From: Rhizaria sp. SCN 62-66
Taxonomy: Eukaryota
Direction: 5' to 3'
NCBI GenBank assembly: GCA_001724265.1
Contig: MEDY01000220.1
Location: forward strand, 56,443-76,442
DNA: 20,000 nt
The notes beneath the pieces were generated by a model, which was not told the DNA's origin, searched no databases, and saw only the letters and a program-made list of their open reading frames with translations. The position numbers and the translations under genes are program-made. Positions 11,096 to 20,000 of this stretch are shown piece by piece. Positions within the stretch are counted from its first letter, which is position 1; the number at the start of each line of letters is the position of its first letter.

Positions 11096-11695
11096 CGGAC
11101 AGAATAGCCCTGATTGGAAGGCAGTGTTGAGTCAGTGGACTGTGTGCCGAGGGTGTGATTATCTAAGAAATGATTAGAAAGCAAAGCAGAGTGTGATTCA
11201 AATATAATTAACTAAACACTGTGCAAGTTCTGTTTAACGCATTTGGACATTACCAATCACCGGTTTTACGATATGAATACATCACTCTGGTCAAGACAAT
11301 AAACAGATCGAACAGTTGCCCGCCTCCAGCATCGCCGTCGAGAATCAAACAATGATCACTGCATACGTCATATAAAGATAAAACGAACATGAAAATTGAC
11401 ATGTATTAGTTAAAACATTACATTACATATTGTACTTATTTATATTTATCACGACCGATTGATAAAGGCATCTCAGCGACCAATTTAGGCATGCTGCGTG
11501 ACGTTGCCAGACGAAGTCACAAGGAATTGCGTCAATATTGAGCTGTGTACCCGTCATCCGCGCTAGATTGAACTAATTATTGGAATTTATTCGTAATATT
11601 TTGAATAATATGTGCTCACATCCTCTTGTTTTCTCTAAATCCCAAATATGACATCTTAGCCCAACATTGGATAACTTCGTCTCACACTTCTGGCG
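11096..11695. promoter_or_regulatory. Divergent (bidirectional) promoter region between the Sfi1-like gene and REV1
   Basis: AT-rich 600-bp spacer between head-to-head ATGs. Contains TATAAA (11371-11376), CCAAT-like words and TGACG/CGTCA words (11365-11370, 11499-11503, 11530-11534). Function inferred from position only. Confidence 0.5.
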
Positions 11696-14600
11696 ATGTC
11701 GCATTAGCCACCAATGCATCCGCACGCACCCTACATAACCGCTGGAAGTGGTACAAACAACGCAACACTGGCCGATATACCGGTAAATATGCACTCACCC
11801 CGCTCCAGTGATACTGGAAACGATTTCGAATGTAGCAATGGGGTCGACGCCAACCTTCTTGCAGCTCTCAACAGCGTCGACAGTCCCGTTGACCGGAATA
11901 TGGGGGAGTATATGCAAGCAAAAAGGCGTAAAGTACATGCTCAATATCTAGCCGAACCAATCACCGTCAATTTGGACGACATTGTACCACGGCCTGGGAC
12001 TGACTCATCGAATGATGAAGCAAGCATCACTGAGAGTGCAGCCAGCGCCGTCAGCGACGCTGTCACCGCTGACCGCAATAGTCGCAACACGACCGATCTT
12101 TTTTGTGGTTGCGTGTTCTGGGTTGACGGCCATACGAACCCGCCACTCTCCGTGTTGAGGCCGCTGATCACTGCGCGCGGTGGTCTCGTTGACCAAACCC
12201 TGCTCGCGAATGCGGCCGGCGGTAACGGCAACACGATCACTCACATCATCGCTTCAACGTTGCCGACTACAAAACACCAAGAGCTTCGGCGCACATACGT
12301 CCCGCGCGCCTCCGGAGTAGTACTTCCCGCATTCATACAGAGCTCTGCGAACGCCTCTGCGCATCAGCAGCAGCTGCCAGGAGCGCCCTTCGGTGGAGTG
12401 GCTGCGGTGTCGGCGGCGGACGCAGCGCGTGCGGAGAGGCTGCGGCGTGCAGTGCCAGTGGTGCGCCCGGAATGGGTGTTGGACTCGCTTGCTGCGGGTA
12501 AACTTGTTGGCGTAACGCCGTATCGCGTTGACATGCTAGTGTCGGAGAGTGTCAATAACAATAGCAATAACTACAACAATACGAATCCGAACAAAGCAGG
12601 CGCTCACACAAAGGTTGCTGGAAGTCTGTATCGGAAGAAGCAGCAAACCAGTTTGCCACCTAAGCCGATGCACAGTTATCCCCAGCAGCAATCAGACCCA
12701 CCCAATGCACTCACCACTCGGACTCATCATACCGCGCATCAGGCTCAACCGCAATCTCCACCGCGCAATCCTGCCGTAGCCGTGAGCAACGTTGCCGCTG
12801 GAGTGGCTGGGCAGCAGATCAACAGTGGGTTTGCTGCAAGCAACCGTGGCACCGCTCTAACCGCGCAGGCGTATCATGCACGCTCGCGGCTGCACTTGCT
12901 TGGCGCATGGCGCAGTGAGCACTACGTAGCGAATACATTGCCACGGCTGTTGGCGATGCTTCCGCAGCGCCGGCCACTGTCGGACCCTGCAGCTGCGCCG
13001 CTTAAGTACCTGATATCAGCAGCTACAGAGTTCGCTGTGTCAGGTAACGGTGGCAGTTTGACCTCGTCGAACAGCAGCATGAACCGTGGCACTAGAGCAA
13101 CCGATGAAAAACGTGACTTTGTTGGCCACGTGAACGGTCAAATGCCACTACCGCTAAGCGCTGCACTCTGGCAGAAGTGGTCACACACGCCTGCATTTGC
13201 GTCAAGAACATTGACATCGGACTCAGCATGTGTATTGAACGCTACACTGCCATGTTTGTCTCCTGAAGCAGCAACACTGTTACTTGGGGGAAACACGAAT
13301 AGTTCGACTGCACAGTCAGTTCATGGAGGCAGACGGCATCTACAATCGATCCTCACATCAGGATCGGACACACAGTCTCCGAAAAATTATGATGATTCAT
13401 TGCCACAGTCATCTCGAACAGTTCCATGGCTTGTGCTGCACATTGACATGGACTCGTTCTTTGCTTCGGTCGCATTGGCAAATACGCGGTCCGACTTGAT
13501 GGACATTGAATGTACGGCAGATCCCTCTCTGCACAGGCCTACAGTTACCGCATGCAAATCCCGCGATAACAATGAGGTGTCAACCGCTAACGGCGACAAG
13601 AATCAAGTAATCACCGATGATATTACCGTGTTACTGTCACATCCCCGCTCGGTCCTGTCATCGTCGCATCCGGTCGCAGTTTCCCACGGTGCTTCCTTCA
13701 TGAATAATTCCAGCACGAACAACAGCTCTGCATCGATGGCAGCTGTGTCATCATGCAACTACCCCGCCCGCGCCCGTGGCATCAGGGCTGACATGCGGCT
13801 AGCCGCTGCGCTTTCTCTTTGCCCTGACCTGGCTGTCGTGCCGTACACGTTTCCTGCTTATGTTGCGGCCTCAGACAAGCTTCACACAGCGCTTGCATCA
13901 CTGTCGTCGTGGGTTGTTCCGGTATCAATTGACGAGGGGCTGGTGGTAGCGAGCAGGGGTGATGTTGTCACCGCCTTTCTCGCTCATGCTGACACGAAAT
14001 ACTACTTCTCTATCACTGCGAATGAAAACAACCCTGATTTGAAGAACTACAACACCAATTATGTGAGCGTATCGCTTGCGCATTTAGACGCGGCATCCTC
14101 CCTTTGGTTCGCTCAGCTTGCACAGGCCCGAGTCGCCGCAGGCACTGGGTCTGCCTGCACTGTCGGTGCCGGCCCTTCGCCTTTGCTTGCTCGAGCTGCG
14201 ACCGCGGCTGCGAAACCCGCACGCGTGCGGGTGGTGCCCCCCTGTGCCACGGATGTGGCCGCGTTCGTGGCGCAGATGCCGCTGGGCGAGCTGCCGGGAC
14301 TCGGAAGGGTTGGGCTCAGGCGCGCGGTGGCAATGCTGAAGTCAGAGGCTGGTGCAGTGCAAGGTAGAATGACTGCCAGATAGCAGCAAGAGGAGGAAGA
14401 GGAGGAGGATGTGGGACAAACAAAACGTGTTCCGACTAATAATACCGGTGACGGCAGTAATAGTTAGGACGACAACTCTTACCTTACGTGCAAGCCACTA
14501 CAAGATATGGTGCTTGGACACAACCTTGCCAAAGGTGACAGTAATCCCAAGGCGCTGTTAGCGAGTTACATTGGCCAACAACTTGATTCTCAGCACGTTT

Positions 14601-17551
14601 TATCATCGACTCCAGCTGCAGCAACAGCCCTCCTTGCGACCATCTCCCCGCCACCACCATTGATTGCCGCGTTTGGTCCTGTGACAGCGCGCACGCTCAC
14701 TGCCTTAGTGCTTGGTATTGACACTAGGCCAGTCGAGACAACGTTTCTACTCACGTCTTTGTTGGCATCTGTGTCATCTCAGAGTGGCCTTGGCAACAGT
14801 AGCTCCGACGGTGTGGCCGCAGCTGCTGCAGCTGCCGCCGCTGCCGCTGCAGCAGGTGGCGTGCGCAAGACTGTTAGTGTGGATGTCACGTGGGGCGTCC
14901 GTCTCAGCACCCCGCGCGCAGGCAACCTACTTCTGCTCCAAGTTGCGGCCTCGGCGTTAACCCGACTGCACGCTGCTAGTGCCACCGCCGACCGTGCGAC
15001 ACTGCGGCTTATGATCAAACAGCCTGGCGCAGTCGTTAATCCCAAGTTTATGGGACATGGACCTTGTGATGTCGTGTCTAAGACGGCGAAGTTAAGTCGT
15101 ACTCTGGATCCCCGGAGTGACAGCGATGCTCCGCCAACACCAGAGCTGTTACCTATTGAGAAAGCTGTAAATACCGGAGTACATTTTACTGATGGTGATG
15201 ATGGTAATGGGCCTGTAGACCTGGCACGCGTGCCACAAGGTTCTCTTCGGCGATTGTTTGATGCACTGAGGGGGATTTGGGACACGCAGTTACGGCCGCA
15301 ACTCACGGAAGTGCGTGGTGTTAGTGTTGTTCTCGGAGGACTGCAACCGCGTACCGCGGGGCACAACATCACCTCATTCAACACAGCCAGTGGAGTCAAC
15401 GGGATGCTCGCGAGTCACGCCGATGCTTCTAGTGGACCTGGAGGTATTCTGGCTATGTTGAACACCTCGTCAACGACGAGTGATACCGCAACAAGTGATG
15501 GTTTCGGAGGTACTGTTGGTGGACGTGACCCGTTTGCGGGCAATAAGAGAGAAAAGAGTGGGCAACAAACAAGGAAATGCAATCATGCGACTAACGCTGG
15601 TGCAGCCCTACGATCATTTTTGACTGAAAAACTAAGTGATAATGACAGTGACATTGAGGTTTGTGGCAACATTATCAGCGATCGCCACCGCGACAGCGGT
15701 CGGTACAGTTTTGATGATGGCAATGATGAACTTGTTGTCAGCGACGTCATCGTCGTGACTCACGACGGAGTGCGTGATAAGGATGATGGAACTGAGCGCG
15801 AACAAGCGAAGAAGACAGCATTAATGCAGTGGATGTCATCAAATCAGACCCGTGTTAGCAATGCGCTACCGCAACATCACGCAAGAGAACAGCGCAAGTT
15901 GAACTGTTGTCATATCGATATCTCTGCTGCTAGGATTATTAGCATTGACTAGCCACCTTCCGAGCATAGCGTCGCAAATGCTACAGGTGTTCACGCATCC
16001 AGCTCTGATATGTATTTGCAGCAACGGCAGCAAATGACGCCAGAATGGTTAGTATCGTTACTGCTTCATCAGTCATCATGCAAACATGCACAGCGCTGCC
16101 CAAGTAAGTCTGAACAGGGTAATGGTTGTTTAGATATTGAAACTAGGCGTTGCTCCCCGCAGCTGCGTTGCAAATCGCCAGAGTGTGATCCGTGTCTATG
16201 TTGCATGTCAAGACTCACAGATATCCACATGAATGGCCTAGTCGCAGGCTCTTCTACAACGTCTGAAGAAGTGCACTGCGTGCAACAAACTTGGTTGACC
16301 ACAGTCTCACAGATCTCGTTATTAGCAACTGCACTAATGCGCGATCCTTCTACACTCCGCACGCTCACCCGCCAAGCGCGGGAGTTGTTAAAACGACTAA
16401 GCATGAATTTCCGCATGTTGACCGCGCAAAAAAACAATCGTGATATTGGGGAAAAAGTTGCTCCGTCCTCTGATCATCGCGATATCATAATACTTGAACA
16501 TTCTGATGTTCATGGTGTCGCGAGCTTGCCAGGCTCGGATTCAACACTCAGAGTCGATTGTGATGTGCTTCCTTCAAGTAATGAGCCGGCGGTTTTCCCT
16601 GGTAACTCCGATGTCGACACCGCAGTGTGCACAGCACATGGGGGCAAAGTATCAAATTCATGTTTGCCGAAGTTAAAGCCTCTTACAGAATAGGATATTA
16701 TGGCATCCGACACAAGTGTGATTATGTCCCAATGTGATGATGATACTGCGACTGTTGTGGCGTTATCTACATGGCTTTTAAAGACTGTGTTACCCCCTAC
16801 AGTTACCATGTGCGCAGTCGACCTATGCAAGGCGACAACCATCACAGCACCACTTCACATGGACAACACAGTCCACACCATTACTGGTAGTGATGAAGAG
16901 GGTCCTGTTATTGTCACAGTTGTGTGGCAACCCGTGCGGTGGACACTCGCATTGCGATGGTTACTGCGACTAGCAGTGACAGCAGCCACAGTAGGTCTAA
17001 ACCCGAGTACCAACGCGAATGAGTGCGTAATCACCGCTGTCGAAAAAAACGTTTTGCCAGAGACGCCGAGTCTTGGTACAACCGCAGCGGTATGCAGCGC
17101 TGTTGAAGCAGCCAGACGCGCAGTTGACATCCAATGGCGTTGCCGTTGCACGAAAAGCAAGAATAGTGGTTGCGGCCAAGATGTGTTCATCCTGACTGAT
17201 GACGATGCGAAGAATGACGCTGCATCCAGTTGGACTCGTAGTATTGTTAATATGGAATTGAGCTCAGTTAACAGTATGTGTTTCATGAACGCGTGCAGTC
17301 AAAATAACAAATACGAGGATAAAAACACTCATGAAGACACAAGGAAACCACACTATTGCGCAATATGCCGCTCTCTATCTGTGTGGCAATAGCTGACACT
17401 GATCTTCCGCACAACGACTGCCATTATCGCAGATAATGCAATTGATGTAAGTTTGAAAGGACATGAGAGACTACAACGTGCAGTCGCGGTTGCCGCTGTT
17501 TTTGACTCGAAGGTGACTGCCGTTCTTCAACGGGTCGAACAACAACATTGA
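11696..17551 (+). CDS. REV1: REV1 Y-family translesion DNA polymerase / deoxycytidyl transferase (about 1951 aa with six in-frame TAGs read as sense; alternative start 11714)
   Basis: Pre-BRCT helix GEYMQAKRRKVHAQY. BRCT domain LFCGCVFWVDGHTNPP...ITHIIAS...VVRPEWVLDSLAAGKL (~12098-12510). REV1-specific N-digit SRLH (12884). Catalytic HIDMDSFFASV (13439) and SIDE (13925). Also SSCNYPARARGI...LCPDL and HhH LPGLG. After TAGs at 14381 and 14465 the domain continues with LTCKPLQ, FGPVTA...GIDTRPV, RKTVSVDVTWGVR and KFMGHGPCD (thumb and PAD/little-finger motifs). Internal TAGs at 11705, 14381, 14465, 15950, 16691, 17390; terminal TGA 17549-17551. Confidence 0.92.
14390..14407 (+). repeat. GAR tract encoding poly-Glu (6 E) inside a REV1 insertion
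   Basis: GAG GAG GAA GAG GAG GAG immediately after TAG CAG CAA, in the REV1 frame. Confidence 0.7.
14816..14854 (+). repeat. GCN tract encoding 13 Ala inside REV1
   Basis: 13 consecutive GCN codons between the GIDTRPV motif and the RKTVS motif. Confidence 0.8.
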
Positions 17552-17896
17552 TTTGCGCGCATTTGAACGCCCCCATCTACTTAGTCACTTACTGCGTTGC
17601 GCAGCATACAGAACTTGTTTTCACTGCGAATATAATGCAGGCATTGCGTCAGGAAGGGGGCACTTATTTTAATGTCCAAAACACGTAAAGTTGTAACACA
17701 CAAAATGCGTTTGTGGTGGGAAAAGAAAAACTGCGGCATAGGAAAGGTGTTCAGTTGAATCAAGATCAACTAACAACGATACACTGATTTAAACTCGGTG
17801 TATGTTTTTTTTACATAGACATACATATTTATTAGAACATTCTCACCATTTGAATTGCTCTTTAAACGTGATACTGCCTTGTAAAACAGTCTGCGC

Positions 17897-19861
17897 ATGT
17901 TGGCGCTGTCGACAGACTCAAAGGAGGTGAAACGCGATGTTCTTGCACGTGTGGCGCAGCACATAACATCTATTAGAACGTCGTGTTCGGAGGAGTCGAC
18001 GCCTGAGGTGCTTGTGAGTGCGATCTCTGCTGCGCTTGACTTGCTCATTGCTTCTGACGCTGTCAAGAAGACTGTGAGTGCAGCCGCCCTCGTCCGCAAG
18101 CTGCTCACTTTCCTCGTCGCTGCTACGGACGCAGCAGACGCCGGAGAGCTTGACATATCCGCCATCGGTGCAAAGATCACACTGAGCTTTCCTATTCTTA
18201 CGCCACTTCTTTTCCACGCGGATGCGCTTGTGCGTTCCCACGTCTTCTACGTCGCCGCCGCGCTCGCCGGTCCCTACTTCGCTGCTGCCAAGACTTCCGA
18301 CGTCACGACCCAGATCTCACTCATCACGCGCGTCATTGACACTACGAGTTTGGGAGACGGTGAGGCCCTCTATCGCCTTGCTGAGCTGATTAGCCGTGTC
18401 TTAAAGGCATTGCCTGTGCGTGCTGACGACACTGGCGTCATCAAGGCGTCAGAACAGGCCTGGTATCCTCTTGTTATCGCGTTCGCTACCAAGATTGTCG
18501 CTGCACCCAAAACTGTCGAGGTAATCGCGCTTCCGCTGTTACTAGCACTTGCGCCGGCACTTACCGCTGCTGCTGCGTTTACTCAGGCGAACGCTGACGC
18601 CGGCAACAATGAGCTCATTGCTTTGTTGATTGACTACAGTAATGCAGTCGTCCCTGCAGTCGCCGCTGCAGCGACTAAGGCTGTTGCTGAGAAGTCCACA
18701 AAGGGACGTGCCAAGGTTGCTGGCGCTACTGCGGTGCGCGCTCTCCCGCAACCGATTGTGGGCCTGATTGCAGCGACGTTGACTATGACTGAGATCATTG
18801 CTAGGAGTCCAAACTCCGCTGAGTTCCTCGTCACTGGCGGCGCTCTGTCCGGCGCGGTTTCTCTTCTTGCGCTCATTCGTCCCGCATACCTCATTTCGGC
18901 GGAGGACGATAACGAGCCGTTCTCGATGAACGCTGTTCGTATTTCCAACAGCACTTTTGCGTTTGTTCAGACGTTGCTGCGCAAGACATCTGTCTCCACG
19001 CTGCCGGTCATGGCCAAGCTCGGCTTACTGGCTGCGTGCGCAGCGTTCCTGCCCGCGAGCAAGGGCGAGACGTCGGTGCTGTCGGCCGCGTTGTGGTGCT
19101 GCTCGATGTTCCACCGCGACGACGCGCTCATCGTGCAGCTGCTGCTCGCCAACGTGCTGCCGTGCTATCTCTCGCTCACCATGCACAGCGACCCCATCAT
19201 CCGCTCCGTTGCTGCGTTCTCGGCGAGTGCGGCCGCGGGTCTGATGTTGCTCCCGTTTAAGATGCCGCCTGTGGATTCTACCATTTCACCCGGATCCGCA
19301 TCCCTTGAGGGAAGCGAATGGGCTGAGGCTCTCATTAAGGCTCGTGGTGGGGGCTTCTCGATCGAGGACTTGATGTTCGTGCGCGACCAGGTCTGGAGCT
19401 GCTTCGACACTAAGGCGGTTACCGCCATCATCAGCTACCTCGTCGACCTCGATTGCCCCAACAATCTCCAGTCGCCGGTGGCGCGCGAGTTCCGTGGCTT
19501 TGTTTCGCTGCTCTCGACTGTCATGCTTGCTGTGAACAAGTCCGTCCAGGCTGAGATTCTTGCCGAGTCCAAGGAGAGCTTCGAGGCCATCATCGGCTGT
19601 CTTTCCGCGGCCTCGCATATCCGCAAGGCGCTTCCTACTGGTGTGCGCGACACCCTAAACCGCATGCTGCTGAGTCAGACCGGTGGCTCCACAAGTGTGT
19701 TCGTCCGGCTACCAGCAAAGAATGGAAGTGGCACGGTGACGCATATCATCTCCGAGGAGGAATTCAATCAGTTTTGGTGCCTGACTGAGTATCCCTCCAA
19801 GTTTGGCATGAACGATGCTAAGAGCTTGCTTTCTTCGGGTAAAAAGAAGTCCAACAAATAA
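17897..19861 (+). CDS. ARM/HEAT-repeat alpha-solenoid protein, 654 aa
   Basis: Uninterrupted ORF from ATG 17897 (in-frame TAA just upstream at 17882) to TAA 19859-19861. HEAT/ARM-like segments FPILTPLLFHADALVRSHVFYVAAALA and VLSAALWCCSMF...LLLANVLPCYLSLTMHSDPIIRSVAAFSASAAA. Specific family not resolved. Confidence 0.7.
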   Translation: MLALSTDSKEVKRDVLARVAQHITSIRTSCSEESTPEVLVSAISAALDLLIASDAVKKTVSAAALVRKLLTFLVAATDAADAGELDISAIGAKITLSFPILTPLLFHADALVRSHVFYVAAALAGPYFAAAKTSDVTTQISLITRVIDTTSLGDGEALYRLAELISRVLKALPVRADDTGVIKASEQAWYPLVIAFATKIVAAPKTVEVIALPLLLALAPALTAAAAFTQANADAGNNELIALLIDYSNAVVPAVAAAATKAVAEKSTKGRAKVAGATAVRALPQPIVGLIAATLTMTEIIARSPNSAEFLVTGGALSGAVSLLALIRPAYLISAEDDNEPFSMNAVRISNSTFAFVQTLLRKTSVSTLPVMAKLGLLAACAAFLPASKGETSVLSAALWCCSMFHRDDALIVQLLLANVLPCYLSLTMHSDPIIRSVAAFSASAAAGLMLLPFKMPPVDSTISPGSASLEGSEWAEALIKARGGGFSIEDLMFVRDQVWSCFDTKAVTAIISYLVDLDCPNNLQSPVAREFRGFVSLLSTVMLAVNKSVQAEILAESKESFEAIIGCLSAASHIRKALPTGVRDTLNRMLLSQTGGSTSVFVRLPAKNGSGTVTHIISEEEFNQFWCLTEYPSKFGMNDAKSLLSSGKKKSNK

Positions 19862-19961
19862 GAAGAGTAAACCATTTCACTCGGAGTTGTCACCTGTCAA
19901 TCGGGTGGTCATCATGTTCATTTTGTGTGCCCAGATTTCCCTATTCCCGCGTTGTTGTATT

Positions 19962-19963
<2 letters not shown>

Positions 19964-20000
<37 letters not shown>
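19964..20000. repeat. (TG)n dinucleotide microsatellite, at least 18 units, running off the window end
   Basis: Perfect TG repeat seen directly from 19964 to the last base. Confidence 0.97.

Noticed and set aside
14357-14467. Possible in-frame 111-nt GT...AG intron removing the TAGs at 14381 and 14465 (has ACTAAT at 14435-14440)
   Set aside because: Weak donor (GTGCAA), no polypyrimidine tract, and a purine-rich codon-structured interior (QQEEEEEED). It would not explain the other seven TAGs, including the one inside a register-preserving Sfi1 repeat. Not formally excluded without cDNA.
9218-17392. A-to-I editing of UAG to UGG (Trp), or pyrrolysine insertion
   Set aside because: The TAG sites are mostly in polar or low-complexity contexts and off the Sfi1 Trp register. 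Pyrrolysine is not known in eukaryotes and no pyl genes are present here.
14507-17392. Track ORFs 14507..15952, 16010..16693 and 16700..17392 as separate genes
   Set aside because: All are in the same frame as REV1, separated only by TAG plus a few sense codons and no AT-rich spacer. The first contains the REV1 thumb and PAD motifs.
7859-17551. REV1 and the Sfi1-like gene as pseudogenes, or TAGs caused by sequencing error or RIP-like mutation
   Set aside because: All nine interruptions are the same codon, there are no frameshifts, and catalytic motifs are intact. C-to-T decay would also create TAA from CAA and TGA from CGA.
17800-17889. Possible 90-nt intron (GTATGT...AAACAG) just upstream of the ARM gene
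   Set aside because: Splicing would not join any upstream ATG in frame (TAA at 17771). At most a 5' UTR intron, which cannot be supported without transcripts.
7707-19861. Ciliate-type code (TAA and TAG both Gln, table 6)
   Set aside because: No internal TAA in any of the four genes, and two genes end at TAA where coding-like composition ends.
19866-19872. AGTAAAC after the ARM gene stop, matching the Giardia-type AGTRAAY polyadenylation signal
   Set aside because: Single occurrence, not seen behind the other three genes, so it is not used for taxonomic inference.
19964-20000. Terminal TG repeat as a telomere
   Set aside because: A pure dinucleotide repeat is an ordinary microsatellite and matches no typical telomeric unit; the window simply ends inside it.

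Overview
Eukaryotic nuclear DNA, probably from a flagellated protist (inferred from an Sfi1-type gene). The window is gene-dense and apparently intron-poor, with four large GC/Ala-rich genes separated by short AT-rich spacers (about 150-600 bp). The genes are: (1) a 5'-truncated orphan of >2568 aa (+, ends TAA 7709); (2) an Sfi1-like centrin-binding repeat protein (-, 11095->7859, ends TGA); (3) REV1 translesion polymerase (+, 11696/11714->17551, ends TGA); (4) an ARM/HEAT-repeat protein (+, 17897->19861, ends TAA). A (TG)n microsatellite runs off the right end. Main discovery: the ORF track splits REV1 and the Sfi1-like gene into pieces, but the pieces of each gene share one frame and are interrupted only by TAG (9 in-frame TAGs, no internal TAA/TGA), while all four genes end in TAA or TGA. 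The REV1 polymerase domain continues across two TAGs, and the 33-aa Sfi1 Trp periodicity is preserved exactly across one. This indicates a rare nuclear genetic code in which UAG alone is a sense codon (most likely Gln) and UAA/UGA remain stops.
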